Source: Fimicolochytrium jonesii (lineage: Eukaryota). From it: a stretch of 64,000 nt of DNA. The notes beneath the pieces were generated by a model. That model worked only from the letters and a program-made list of their open reading frames with translations. It made no database searches and was not told the DNA's origin. The stretch's first letter is position 1; each line of letters starts with the position of its first letter. Below are positions 50,732 through 64,000 of the stretch, piece after piece. The stretch is from positions 186,001 to 250,000 of the forward strand of contig NW_026515702.1 in assembly GCF_025526975.1 (NCBI RefSeq). Direction: 5' to 3'. The position numbers and the translations under genes were made by a program.

Positions 50732-53700
50732 ATGTACACCCTGGAAAATACCGGCGAGACCCCCGGTCGCAACATTCCCATGACTTTGCGGCAGGGCGGC
50801 GGAGTATCTGCATTTGTATCTCGAGTCGACTCGGAACCTTGGGCATCGGGCTCGGAGGAGGACTTTGGGAGCAGGCAGAGACTTTCGAGAAGGGTTGGGG
50901 CGGGTGAAGGTGGGGACGGGGAGAGCGTTGATGTGGATGGAGATGGGGAGGTGGATCGGGATCATGGGGATGATCATGAGGTGAGGATTTATGAGGTGGA
51001 CGCGGCGAGGGTATGGGGGCGGAGACGCGAGCGAAGCGAGCGACATTGCGCCGCTTTTCCTGCCCACGGCTCTTAGCGAGCTTCAGTGAGCTACATTCCT
51101 ACCTACCGCATTTTAACATCCTCGTTGCGAGGGGAGAGAGCAGGGGATCCTTTGTTGGTGGTTGATGGTCGGTGGTGGATGGTCGGTGGTGGATGGTCGG
51201 TGGTGGATGGGTATCATGCCATCATCGCTCACGGTGCCAAACATTTTCCAACCTCTGAACCCCATAGCATGCCCAAGTCCAAATCGACGAAACCCCAACA
51301 TCCGCCCAATGCAAAACCTTCAACTGCAGGACATGCCAACGTCACGTCATGCACGTCGATCTTGGCACCCCCGAAACATTCACCGCCGGCTCACTCCGTT
51401 TCGTCACATCCACTCAATCAAAAGCCACCGCCCACGGGCAGCCCTCACGGACGCCGCGTCTCGGCAAAGAATGGGAATTCGCAGGCTGGGGAAAGACCCT
51501 AGTCACCGAGCTCCGCCCAGCCGTCGTCGACGCGCACGGTCAACTGGACTTCAAGCATCAGATGGACCAATATAGAGCGACGGCGATCGCCGCGGTGGCA
51601 GTGACTGGCGGCGCTTTCTACAGTATTGGCCAAATCGTCGTCGCGGCTGGCCAATACGCACCCATCTCGGCGGCCCTCGTCTGCATAGTCGTCTTCGCCT
51701 ACCGGTCCATCTTCACAGAACTGGGCGTGATACCCCTCAACGGCGGCGTCTACAGCCTACTCCTCGTCGGCTCCACCAAGATGATTGCGGCCATGGCGGC
51801 ATGTTGCGCTATCCTTGATTACGGAGGTTCGGCTGTTGTCAGCGCGTCCACTGCGAGCAATTATTTTCATGGCCAGTGGGGATTTGTGGACACATACCCG
51901 TTGACGATATGTGTTCTGGTCGTGTTTGCGTTTTTGGCGCTGGGCGGGGTCAAGGATTCGGCGAACTTTGGGCTGGGGATCTTGTAGGTGTTTTCAAACG
52001 ATTTTCTCGCATGTCTACAACTCACTCTCACCACACCCCACTCCTAAATCAGCCTCATCCACCTCCTCACCCTCCTCATAATCATCTTCTCAAGCATCGT
52101 CTTCTGGGCCCGCAACGGGTCCGACACCTTGATAGCAAACTGGAACGCGCCATCGCCGTCCGGGAACGTCGCGTACGATCTCTTTGTTGGGTGGTGCATC
52201 GGGATGCTGTACGTGCGTATTTGGTTGTTTTTCGACTTTGGCAATGGAAGATCTTGGCGTGCTTACCATGAGATCGGATGCGCAGGGCGTTCACGGGGAT
52301 TGAGACTTGTCGTATGTGTTATCTACATCAGGGCTGAAGGGAAAGGCGAGGGTGTCGGGGGATAGTGTACTGACCGAAATTCGGGGTTTATCTAGCGAAT
52401 TACATTGAGGAACAACGGCCGGGCGTGTACCCAAAAACAATGCGGAATCTAGCTTATCGTAAGTCGCACTCCTCTCTCTACTCGCATACCAAAAAAAGCA
52501 GTAGCCCAACAATCGAACTCCCCCTCTAGTTGTAGCATTCTTTATGCCCGCCCTCACACTCAGCTGCCTCGTCGTCCTCCCGCGCGCCGACATCCAAACA
52601 AACGTCGACTTTGTACTCTCGTATCTGGGCCGCGTCGCAGTCGGGCGCGGGCTCGAGGTGCTGATATCCGTCGATGCGTGTATCGTGCTGTGTGGCGGGG
52701 TGCTTTCGTCGTTTGTCGGGATCAGTAAGTCCTTCACAACACCCCTTCCTATATACCACACCACAGAAAAGTTGACTATCTCTTTTTTTGGCACAGTGGG
52801 CCTAATGAAACACATGGCCTCCGACCACCTCCTTCCGCACTTCCTCCTCCACACCAACACCCTCACCCACACCAACCACTACATCATCGCCGCCTTCACC
52901 CTCCTCTGCCTCCTCCTCATCACCGTAACAGCAAACAACACAACCCTCCTCTCCCTCCTCTTCGCCATCGCGTTCCTGTGCCTGCTCATCCTGTTTGCTG
53001 TAACGAACCTCCTCCTGAAATATAAACGCGGGAGGTTGAAACGGGAGCGTACGGCGCGGTGGTATACGGTCCTCTTCGGGCTCCTGGCGGCGGCGGCGGC
53101 CGTGGTAGGGAACGGGATACTGTCTCCGAGCATGATTGTGGTGTTTGGGAGTTTCTTCGGGGTGTTGTTTGTGGGGATGCTGGTGAGTATCGGCAAAGTG
53201 AGGTTGCTGAGGATTGCGCTGTTTGCGGCGGACAAGTATGACGGGCTGGAAGGCGTTAAGGAGAGGTTGGTGGCCTGGGTGAGGAGGGCGAGGGGGCATC
53301 CTGTGTAAGTTGGGGGGGTTTTTTTGTGTTTGTGGGTTTTTTTTTCGACTCGCTGCACTGAGATATGTTACTGAAACCTTTTTTTTTTTGTAAAGCGCAT
53401 TCTTCACAAACCACCCCGAAATCCACGTCCTCAACAAAGCCGTGCTGTACGTCGCGCACAACGAACCCACGTCGAATCTCAACATTGTCCATTTCTGCGA
53501 CGACGATCATCGGGGCGTCGATGGAGATGCAGACCCTGCGAGCGGCGGTGTTGTAGCGGACCTGAAAGTGAACTGCCATGTGCTGGACCACGTCTATCCG
53601 AAGATCTCGATCAATCTGGTAAGTGGGCCGTGAGTTGACATGCCATGCCCCCCCTCAAACTTACAGTGATGAACATTTTGCCCGAGGGTAGATCATCGTC

Positions 53701-53904
53701 AAAGGCCGCTTCGGCCCCTCCGCCGTCGCGTGCATGGCCAAAGCGCTGAGTATCTCGCGGGTGCGTCGCGTCTTGCTCTTCCCCCCCCCCCCCCATCTCG
53801 CGCGACTAACATGTGACTCGTAGAATCAGTGCTATATCACATGTCCCGGCGAGAAGGTGGGGCAGATTGGGGAGTTTGGCGGCGTTAGGATTATTATGTT
53901 GTGA
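50732..53904 (+). CDS. APC-superfamily amino acid permease with cytoplasmic C-terminal domain, multi-exon; start uncertain
   Basis: Motifs ATAIAAVAVTGGAFYS, PLNGGVYSLLL, LDYGGSAVVSA, ANYIEEQRPGVYPKTMRNL, DACIVLCGGVLSSFVG and NLLLKYKRGRL, ending GGVRIIML*. Confidence 0.9.
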
Positions 53905-55549
53905 ATGGGGTGGGGTGGATGGGAGAGGACCTGTCTTGTGAAGTTAACCTGAATGTGGAACTAAGATAGGTGTACGTTGGGGGTGCGGTGGAAACTGCGT
54001 CTTATGCAAAGGGTGGGGGGATCAGATGAGGTGATGTGCCGTGGAAAGTCCTGGCCATACACGCACATGCCGAACATCCCTATCGTCACTTTCGCGCATT
54101 CCTCCTAAATGAAACCGGATCAAACCAAACGATGTTGAACAGTGCTGTGAAAAGAGGAATTGTATTGACGACTTACTGTAAAATACAAAGAAGGAACTAA
54201 AATGAAAAAAAAACCCACATTGTCCACCCCCCATCCCGGAAACATCATCGGTCTGGTCAACACGACCCTGGGGGTAAAACGTGCGCGCGTAGTCTTTAGG
54301 GGCTAAAACATGTCCCCCCCTAGTCCCCCACATGTCCAGAATCTCGCCCAAAAGTCCCCGCGCTCGCTGATGGGTGCAGCGAGCGATCCATGGCTCGGCG
54401 AACCTCCGATGCGTTGCAACGGCTGAGAAATTTTCCCATCGGTGGGCGTCTTATTCCGACGATGTCTGTAGGATCCTACTTGCTTGCCGAGGCCGGGGCG
54501 GACGTCTATTGTCGTTACTGGTGCGGATGCTCCTTGAGGGCGGACATCCACCGACTCGGCGCAAAAATGACTATGGATTCGGTTCGTCTTCGCGTCGGTG
54601 GATGTAGGGCGGTTGGTCGCTGCTTTGGACGTCCGGATGGAAGCTGATGGGTGATGATGATTCGTCACTTCACCCGGAACGGCACTCCCCGAGCGGTGGT
54701 CGGAGTCGTCGTCCGAGATGGCCCCCGGTTTCTGGCCCCGTCTTCGGGGCCTCTCGGCAAAGAACTCCCCAGCAAGCCACCCGAACAGCGCTTGCGATGC
54801 CCGTTCGGTAGCGTTGCCGGAGACGAGGCGTTCGCGGGATCCGTTGATTGCGACACCGGACGCGTTGATGGGGCCATGTAGGGGTGGTGGGCAGTCGACA
54901 CGGGTCATCGGTAGTTTGAGTTTGTGGACCGGGGGGTAGTATCTGGGGGCCCGTATTCCGCACTCCCAATCCCGTCGACACGAGTGGATGATTTGTCCCC
55001 CCGTGCGGCGTTCGTATTGTCTCCATTGGACGCCGTGGATACGCTGTGAACGGCCCGAACCCCTTCTGCAGGCCCATTTGTCGTCCCCAGTGCAGCAGTG
55101 GCTTGCTTGCGGTGACCGGTTTCGGCTGCTCGCCATTGACTGCCGGTGTGGCTTTCTGTCGAGCTATTGAAGGACCTTGACCTGAACACCCCCCGCCCCC
55201 AGGAGATATCCGCATTCAAGTTGGCCGTTCTGCCGCGAGCGAAACGGTATCAGGCAAAATGGGCGAGGGGTGCCATATTCCTAGCGGGGGCAGATCTGGA
55301 CCCGCGCTGGCAAACGACTGTCCAAGCATCGCCATCGCAGAATGCCGGATTCGGCAACGTTGCTTCTGGCGAGAAACCGATCCGAGGAGGACCCCCGATG
55401 ATAACACGGTCTCCCTGAACTGCGCTTGGGCCCACGCCATGAAAAAGCGCATGCATCAGGAGTTTAGCGGCATCTAGCAGCATCAGCAGCGGCCGTTTGG
55501 GCGTAGCACTTACGGGGGCCCTTCGAGTCCCTGCGGTGAATCATCGATG

Positions 55550-56520
55550 GAGTCCAGGCTTCCGAAATCCTCTTCCTGCGGCTTCGTGATTAGCGGCGGG
55601 TCAAAGCAGCGCCAGCGTCGTCCTTCGTCTTAGGTGACGACGGCATCACACCCCCTGTCGTTTGTCGAAGAGCGTGCAAAAGACCCCACCCAAGTCGCAA
55701 GTGGGGGGGTAGATGTTCCCTTGGTATGCTGAGATTTGCCGGACCGGTGTGCCAAAAGGGGCGCGCCTCGGTACCGTGGTCATGATCGGAAAGAGGAGGG
55801 TGACAGTCCCCTGCTGGTCGTCAACCCATCGAAACGTGCCCGAAAGGGACGTATCCTTGAGCGGACAGAGGGATTCCAGGCTTCCGAAATCCTTCCCGCG
55901 GCTTCTTGATGAGGGGCTGGAACGACATTGGGAAGGCGCGGTCGGCTGTCCAAGCTCTGTCAATCGGCTGAAGAGCTTTGCGCGCGGGTTCAACGCGGCG
56001 GCACCGGCGTCGGCCTTCTCCTTAGGTGACGGCGGGCAGCACGCCCCCTGTCGTTTGTAGCAACACCCGTTTTTCTCATTGTCGTTGAATTCCTCAGGAA
56101 TGGTCGGAACTCATGGAAAGGCGTGCCGGGCCCCAAGTCGCGTGGGGAGGGGGGTGGAGGTTCCCTTGGTAGGTGAGGTTGCCGGACCGGGGGTGCCCAA
56201 AGAGGCGCGCCATCGGGGCACCGGCGTATAGAATGTCCACCGATCGGCACCGTGGATCGGAAAGGGGGAAGGTGACAGTCAACCGGTGGTCGTGGGGCCC
56301 CACGAGAACCGTCGGTCAGCGTGCCCGACGGATCCGTGAGCGAACTGAGGAGCGGTCTCTGGGGGGTCTTCGTGGGGAGTCGGATATCGCTTGATACAGG
56401 GCTCCTCGTCGCCGATATCCAACAAGCGAACTGAGGGATTTGTTTTGAGAGTCAGGACGGTTAGAAGGGATGGGACTTTTGTCTAGTGACGGCGGGCACC
56501 CCCGCGTTGGTCGTTTGTAG
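55550..56520. repeat. Degenerate long tandem repeat (units of roughly 320-460 bp, 2 near-full plus partial)
   Basis: Recurring blocks: TCCAGGCTTCCGAAATCC (about 55553 and 55875), TAG(G)TGACG...TCGTTTGT (about 55631, 56023 and 56484), and CCAAGTCGC...GTTCCCTTGGTA...TTGCCGGACCGG...GGTGACAGTC (about 55690 and 56133). Confidence 0.7.
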
Positions 56521-57216
56521 GCATGGTAGGTGAGGCAGCCGTGTGGGCAATTTGGAAGGCGATGGCGGGCTCGTCATGGAAAGGATGTGAGGTGTGTCAG
56601 TTTTGCGGTGCTGACGACCGCTGTGCTTCCGGAGCTAGGCGGTTCAGTACCATTCCCCCACAGCTCGTACGTTCGAAAGGGCGCTCCGGTTAACCACCAG
56701 GCCGGGCGTGGGGCAGTATAGACCTTTCGCTTTCGATGAGCGATTTCAAGCTGCGGAGCATCTTGGTTGATAGCTTGTGCGTGGGGATAGTGCGTCGGAA
56801 ACGAAAGGAAGGAGGGGGGAAAGTGCCTCGCTCTCGTGCTGTCAATGTCGGAGAACGTGTCGAAAAAGGTTACGTAAGACCGCTCTTTGGCTGAGTCCAC
56901 TTTAGGAAACGTTGAATTGTGTGCGTTGACATGCACATATTGCAACTCTGTGAGTCTGTTCGAGGCAAGCCGTCACCCTCTTCCGATGTACTGTAGGACA
57001 GGGGTTGAGGAGAAGCAAATATGTTGATGTACATTAAAACCATATTCGGTGTCTATGTATGTACAGGTATATGTATGTGTTAAGGGGAGCAGTAAACTAC
57101 GAACCAATGAATACAAGAGAGGGGCAAAAGGTACTAGCCAAAAGCAGGCGAGAGAATAATCCAAAACGCCGGGGAGTGGAAACTTGTCCCAGCAAAATAT
57201 CCACACACTTCTGGAT

Positions 57217-58601
57217 CTAAACGGACGACCAGACGGCCCAGTTGGTCCCGCTCCCGACCGGCTTGTACGCACCGGCCGAACCGGGGCATGACGGCGTCCA
57301 GTCGGCGGGACCGAGCTTCACGGCGAGACTGCCGACGGTGCCGGCGATGTAGGCCGCGTAGACGTTGTTGGCGGCTTTGTCGATGCGGATGTGGGAGAGG
57401 GAGTTGACGCCGGCGGCTTTGCGGGCCTTGAGGAGGGGGTCGATGGCTGCTTTCATCTTTTGGTCAAAGTAGTGCGGCCAGTAGACAGAGGGGATGCCAG
57501 GGTGGGTCAGGATGTACGCGTATCCTTGCATTTCCGCGCCGACGGGGAACTGCCACAGCTTCTGGCCGCCGGTCCCGCCGGGCGACGCGCCCGTGTCGTG
57601 GTTGTCGACGAAGGTCACTGCGTAGCCCGGTGCTGTGCCGATGAGACCGACGGGTGCGTTGTTCTGGGCGAGGATGGCGTAGTTGTTGGATGCGACGGCT
57701 TGATTGAGCATGCCTGAATTGGGAGGAGGATATGATTAGGGAATGATGCCCCGAACTTTGCAAGACAAGACTATGACAACTAACCTTTTGTGGTGAAATC
57801 GAACGCGGCGCTGTTGCTGCCGGTGCCCTTCACCCAATCCAACAGCTGATTGCGGTGCGCGGACGGGTTGTTCACATCCAGATCGGCCCAAAGCTCTCCA
57901 ACGGAGAAGACCGGCGATGTCTTTGCATTGAATTGCCCGACATAGGAAGGCGCATAGCCCCTTACAAAGTCGTACCTCCACCCGGTGAAACCGACGGCTT
58001 TCAGCGTGTTGGTCATCCACGCGGTGACGGTATCCTGCACGCTCGGGTTGGTGAAGTCCAGATCCCTCCCGGCAGTATATGGCAGACCGGTGTCGGGGTG
58101 ACCCGTAGGCGTGCCGTACCCGGGTTGCTTCCAGACCTCGTCGTCGCTGGTTGTGGCAGCATTGTTGTCCGCGAATGCGGGTTCGGTGTAATCGTTCCAC
58201 TTTGTCGAGCCAACACGGTGGTTGATGACGATATCTGCAACAGCCTGCAGTCCGTTGGCTTTGACGGCCTGCACGGCGGCTTTCAGTTGATCGGCCGTCC
58301 CGTATTTGGATGTCAGCACGTTCCAGCGACGGGGGAGGTAGCCTTCATTCGACCCGGCGTCCGACGGTGGCGGGAACCATGCGAGGGTGAAGAGACCTTT
58401 GAGCTGGGGAGCGTTGGTGGCGATGGTGTTGTACCACGGTGCCGTCTGCCACGAGTTCCAGTGGAAGGCCTGGATGAGGACGTCGGTGCGTGCGCCGTAG
58501 TTGTTGTCCCGACGGGCGAGGTGGTAGATGGGGGATGCGTCGGCGCTAGGCGCGGCGAGGACGGCGAAGGCCAGCGCGACGGCGGCCGAGGTGAATTTCA
58601 T
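57217..58601 (-). CDS. Secreted alpha-amylase, GH13 (plant/bacterial GH13_6-like), 2 exons
   Basis: Signal peptide, QAFHWNS, WFPPPS, EGYLP, DIVINHR, and catalytic GWRYDFVRGY, VGELW and FVDNHDTG. Also AAFDFTTKG, GYAYILTHPGIP and a C-terminal beta domain (LAVKLGP...GTNWAVW). Confidence 0.93.
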
Positions 58602-59482
58602 GGTAATGGATTTGTTGCTGCAATTGTGATGCAGCTCGATGGGACAAGGACGGGGAACAGGAACTGAACCCTTTTATAGATTGTAAGGAAAGCTCTGCTG
58701 ATGATCATTTCCGACCACATCCTGCGTTCTACCGAGCGTTGCTAGCAAAGCCTCGCATGGAGGGTTCCTCATCACGCAAACCCCTCGCGCGATGCTCACG
58801 AGGATCCACTCGGTACAGTACATAGGCGACCTCCTCCGACGGATGTGCCGCGAGATCCATGTTGAGGCGATCAAAGATTCGTCAGTGACGTTCTTCCATC
58901 CAACCCCCTGCGCGTGGAAGGATGCCTGCCGTCCACAAACATCCTCGGGCGACACTTTCCTGTGGGGGTGTTGGCGTTGTATAAACGTTTTCCTAATATT
59001 TGTTTCTCGTGTGACTTTGCAAAAGCATGTAGTAGTAGTAGTAATACGTCACCGACTCACCCCATGGATCGTCGTCGTCGTTGCAACCTTGCAAGGCGCT
59101 TCGCTATTACACTCTTTGGGTCCCACTTTTCCCGTCATGAGCGAACGTCGCGCACACGAATCCTCCCGTGACTGCTACTACAGATACAAACACGCGGCCG
59201 CCTGACCTCCAAAAACGTTCGCACCAGGTATCCATAGTAGCAATCCAACGGATACGTGTGATCCGCCGGCCTTGAGATCCCCACTGAAGGCAGCCTTGAG
59301 ATTCTTCTTGCATGGGAGCGGGAATTCGCATCGGGGACTCTCGGAAGAGGATCCCGCGTCTTCCCGCCGCACTGCAAGCCACGCCGCAAGCCACGCCGCA
59401 AGCCACTCGCCCTTCCCCTTCTCCCCCCTCATCCAACTAATGCTCTAGACACTCCTAACAACAACCGCGCGCGGAAAACAAG

Positions 59483-61601
59483 ATGTCTACCCGATCGGCC
59501 GTCGGGGTCTTTGCGAGGGGGGCCGTTCTGACGACGAGGGCTGGAGTAGGGAGGAGACCATGTTTCGGTGGAGCTGCGGTCGCAAGTGGGAGAGTGTTGT
59601 CGCAGTTGCAGACGGTGACGAGGGTTTGCGATATGGTACGTATCTATTTACATTTTGGGAGGAGGGGTTGGGTGTGGGGATGTTAAAGGTGATGGACAGG
59701 GAGGGCGGAGGAGGTGAATGTTAGGAACGCAACGAGGGAATATGCTCGCTGGCGAGATGAGAGGAGTGCTTGAGGATGGCTTTCCCGCAGCTACCTTCAG
59801 GCGCCCACGATGCGCAAGTCCCCATCCCAACGGAAAACTGATCACCCTCGTCCCCCTCTCCTTTCAACAGACACCCTCCCGGCTCGCAACAACCCTCCAA
59901 GCTCCACCTCCACCTCCGCAATCTCCACCACCACCCCCCGGCTCCCAACCATCCCAATCGTCACCACCACCACCACCACCCCCGCCCCCAGGCTCCTCCC
60001 CAACCCGCCTCCCCCTAACTATCGTAACCCTCCTCGCAACCCCCATCCTCGGCACCCTCCTTTACCTCTACCTTACAGACACGCGCGCCTCCATCCACAC
60101 CACCGTGACAATGCCCCTAATGCACCTCCTGATGGACCCGGAGGAGGCGCACGCGTTTAGTATCTGGTGTGCCAAGTGGGGAATTGTTCCGAGGGAACGT
60201 GGGGATATTGAGGAGGACGGGGGGAGGTTGGCGACTGAGGTGGGTTTTTCATGAGAGCGGGGCAGCGATGGGCGAGCGGAGCGAGCCCCTATTTTCACCT
60301 GTGAGCGCCAGCGAACAATCGTTCCATCTCTGAGCGCTAGCGAACAATTGTTTTTGTTATCGCACGCCAAGCGTAGTTGAAGATGGCTGCCGATTCGTTG
60401 ATCTCCAATGATCACTCACCCCCCTCCCCCCACCCGCAGCTCTTCAACTACCCCCTCCCCTCCCCTCTCGGCCTCGCCGCCGGCTACGACAAGAACGCCG
60501 CTGCAATCGACGCCTTCTTCGCCCTCGGTTTCTCCACCGTCGAAATCGGCTCCGTCACACCCCTCCCTCAACCGGGAAACCCCCAACCACGAATGTTCCG
60601 CTTGAGTCAGGACAAAGCCGTGATCAACCGCTACGGGTTCAACTCGGAGGGCGTGGATGTCGTGGAGGCCCGTCTCGCGGCCCGGTATCGCAAACACCAA
60701 CGTAAATACGGTCTCCCCGACAATGAAATGGCCTCTTTACCCAAATCACTGATACAAGGGAAGATGTTGGGAGTCAACCTGGGAAAGAATAAGACGAGCA
60801 AAGAGGGGGACAACTCCGATTATGTGGTGGGTGTCGAGAGGCTGGGACGGTGGGCGGATTATGTGGTGGTCAACGTGAGCTCGCCGAATACCCCGGGGTT
60901 GAGGAGGTTGCAGGGAAGGGAAATGGTGGGCGGGTTGTTGGGCGATGTGAGTACCCCGAGCCGAGTCCCGCTTTCCCATCTCCTATTCGGCGTATGCCCT
61001 GTCATGACATTGTTTTGGTTTGTTTTGTTTTAGGTGATAAAAGCACGAAACACCCTCCCCCACCACCCGCCGCTCTTGATCAAGATCGCGCCGGATCTGA
61101 CGGACACGCAGATCCACGATATCGCGGATATGGTCGCCGAGACGGGCGTCGACGGCGTCATCATCAGCAACACCACCATCGCCCGGCCAATTGATCTCAA
61201 ATCACGTACGTGCCCCCCCCCCCCCCCCCCGCATCCCAATTGTGTTGTCACCTCCGTTGACGTTTTTCCTCTTTTTTTTGTTTTGGATAGCCATGAACGT
61301 GACGACCGAAACAGGGGGTCTATCCGGCCCGCCGCTGCTCCCCCTCTCCCTGCGCGCCGTGCAGACGTTCAGCGCGTACGCGCAAGCGAAGGGGTACCGG
61401 ATCCCGATCATCGCGTGCGGGGGCATCTCGACCGCGGACGACGTGATGAAGTACCGCGACGCGGGCGCCGTCGGCGTGCAGATGTACACCGGGTTGGCGT
61501 ATCACGGCCCGGGGATCGTCGGCGAGATCAAGCGCGGGCTGAGGGAGGTGTTGGCGGAGCGGGGTGAGACCTGGGCGGGGAGGAAATTAGGTGTCGAGTG
61601 A
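59483..61601 (+). CDS. URA9: Dihydroorotate dehydrogenase (quinone), mitochondrial class 2, multi-exon
   Basis: Presequence and [71 protein letters not shown] and GGLSGPP. Confidence 0.96.
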
Positions 61602-61922
61602 AGCGGATGGGGAGGGGTCGGTCAGGGTGAGATGGGGAAATGAGAGATGGGAGACATGCGGGTGTGCGCAGAAGTAGTACTGTATATCTGTAGGGTGATT
61701 TGCGTCGGGTCTGACACCCACCGGGTGGGGGAATGTACAGTTCAATCCGGCTCCCGTGATACCCCATGTGCATATTCGAAAAAAAAAGGATCATACCCTA
61801 TTTGGCGTGGCATATACGGAGGTACGGCCCCCCTTAACCAAACACCTACAGCCCTACACATACGGGCCTACATACCTGTATCTCACTACCTACGCATCTA
61901 TCGAAACGCCATACCCGCCGAT

Positions 61923-63150
61923 TCAAAGATAGAGATGTCCCTCGCCCGCGTGTCGTCCCTCCACTCGCGCGGCCGCCCGGTACGCCTTCGATCTCTCCTC
62001 GCGCGCCCCGGCCGAATCCTGCACCCCCAACATAACCCGTGCAACACGTTCAAAGGCCTGCAACGACGCCACGGACGGGGTGCTGTGCCCGTAGGTGCGT
62101 TCGGGGAGGGTGAGGTAGGTGTGGGTTGGGTGGGCGTGGGAAGTCAGCTGGTGGGGAGAGATGCGTTAGTTGATGGGAGGGGCAAGCGGACGGGGAGGGG
62201 GAGAGGCCGCACGTACGTAGGCGAGGAACCCGGCGACGGGGCCGGTGAGGATAGTTGGCGGGGAGAGGAGCGGGGTTTGAGTGGGCTGTTTGGGAGAATG
62301 GGGTTGGGTTTGAGTATCCCAAGAACACAACGCACTTTGTGAGAACACCATCCTTACATCCGGGCAAGCGGTCGCGGTGCTCAGCCGTCGCAGAACAGGC
62401 GGCACGGCGTCCCGAAGATCGGCCTCGAACCCGCTCGCATGCAACGTGCCCAGTAATATCGTCCTAGAATGCATGGGTCCCCGTTAAACATCCCTGAATG
62501 CGCACTCCGGATGGGACGACGCTGTGAATCTGAAACTTACTGCTCCGCCAGAACACCCTGGACAAGAACCCGCGCATACACACTGGCAACCGGATCCTGA
62601 ATCTCCGTCTCGTGGACCGTCGCGACCACCACCACCCCCTCTGCGTCCGTCAATCTATACAACGTCACCACCTAAACGACCCGAAACTGTCAAGACCCCA
62701 CCACGCCCGCATACGAACACGAAAACCCGAACGAACCTCGACATCCCCCCGCCGAATGGCGCCGATTTTCTTCGCGGTGGCGGCGCCGGTGGCGAGAGCA
62801 AAGAAAGCGTCGAGGAACATCCGCCCGGCCGCGAGGCCCACGACCAGCGTCTGCGCCGTGACATCCCCCCCGCCGTCTTCCCACTACCAAAAAACACACG
62901 AGATCAGACCACTCATGGCATCACGCCCCGGTGACAAGAGATGAATCCAGAAACGTACAGCGAGACTGATCTCGGGCGCCGCACCCGCGTCCTCGGGATG
63001 CTCGAGCTCGTCCAGCTCCTCGGCTTCGTAGTCGCGGGCGGTGTCCGGTTGGAAGGGGTAGAAATCCTGTGGGGAGGGGATGGGTGCGGGTTAGCGATGG
63101 AGACCGAGAATGAAAGTAAGGAGGATGGGACGGGGGGAAGGACTTGCCAT
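61923..63150 (-). CDS. PSMG1: Proteasome assembly chaperone 1 (PAC1/Pba1-like), multi-exon
   Basis: Acidic N-terminus, PVLRRLST, PLLSPPTILTGPVAGFLAY (cf. PLLEQPNIVHDLPAAVLSY) and a C-terminal HbYX motif HLYL*. Confidence 0.7.
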
Positions 63151-63658
63151 TGGGTTTGGGTTTGGGTGGGAGTGATGGAAGGTGGTGGTGATGGGTGGGG
63201 TGTTATGCGAGGGGGGGTTTGGGGGGCCTTGGAAGCCACGCGTCGCTTCGTTCCCTTCCCTTCGTTCTCGCGCGCTCCTTTGCCCCCTACATATAGGTGC
63301 GAGTAGGCACAAATAGATGGGCATGGATACACACCCTATGAGTTCTTGGGCGAAAAGCCCATGTCACGAACGTTCAACATATTGGAATAGATACTCTATT
63401 GATGTATGCGACCTCGGTGCGTTGTGACGTGCTCAGAGTACATACAACGGGGACGATGCGAGGGAGAGGGGATAGGTGTGAGGAATGCGACCGTGAGGGT
63501 TGGGCGGCCGATACCTGCAACCAACCAGCGCAATAGACGGCCAGACCACAATAAACGCAGATAAGAGGGGAAAGTTCATCCCCCTCTCCCTCAACTCCCA
63601 TCCACAAAAGGTTCCATCGCCTTATCTCCTGAATCTCCCCAACAAACCCCTCTGCACC

Positions 63659-63968
63659 CTAGTTACTGTCACTCCTCGCCAAACTCTCCGTACTACCCGC
63701 CAAACTCTCCCGACTCGCCGTCGCGCGCTTCTTCACCAACCGCGCGCTCTGCCTCTTGCTCTTCCCTTCCTGCTTCAAATGATGGTCAGGGATCCAGTCC
63801 ATGTCCGGCTCGCCTGGCTTGACGTTGGACTCGCGGCGGATGATGGGGGCAGGCGTGGTTGTTGAGCCGCGCTTTTTGCCCGAAGTGGCCGGGGCGCCGA
63901 GGAAGGAGTTGTAGAAGGAGTAGCCGATGCCGCCGATGAGGGCCAGGAGGAGGGCGTAGATTGAGAGA
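63659..63968 (-). CDS. Last exon of TRAP-alpha (SSR1/IRC22-like) protein, 5'-partial
   Basis: TM SLSIYALLLALIGGIGYSFY followed by a basic tail containing DMDWIPDHHLK. Acceptor CCCCAG at 63969. Confidence 0.7.
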
Positions 63969-64000
63969 CTGGGGGAGGGGGGGGGGGATAACAAATGCGC

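Overview
Intron-rich, GC-rich eukaryotic DNA from a zoosporic fungus, probably a chytrid. This rests on short GT-AG introns with CTRAC branch points, fungal housekeeping genes and a flagellar radial-spoke NME5-like gene. About 20 protein genes can be assembled by hand-splicing. They include an mRNA guanylyltransferase, Rab escort protein, GPR1/FUN34 transporter, carnosine N-methyltransferase, subtilisin, CYSTM-like protein, MIF, ALG8, NME5-like protein, SH3 membrane protein, STN1/RPA32-like protein, APC permease, GH13 amylase, DHODH, PAC1 and the 3' end of TRAP-alpha; there is also one tRNA-Glu(CTC). The highlight is an accessory island at about 41.8-48 kb. It holds a six-exon Fanzor1 gene (eukaryotic TnpB-derived RNA-guided RuvC nuclease) on the minus strand, closely resembling Spizellomyces SpuFz1, with an NLS, intact D/E/D catalytic triad and zinc finger. 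A candidate omegaRNA scaffold lies just after its stop codon and palindromes lie upstream. This copy carries one in-frame stop, one -1 frameshift and a 312-bp in-frame minisatellite insertion related to a neighbouring orphan ORF. An internally deleted Ty1/copia element with an internal tRNA-Ile primer site sits directly upstream. All family assignments come from motif recognition from memory, not database searches, and exon boundaries are manual.
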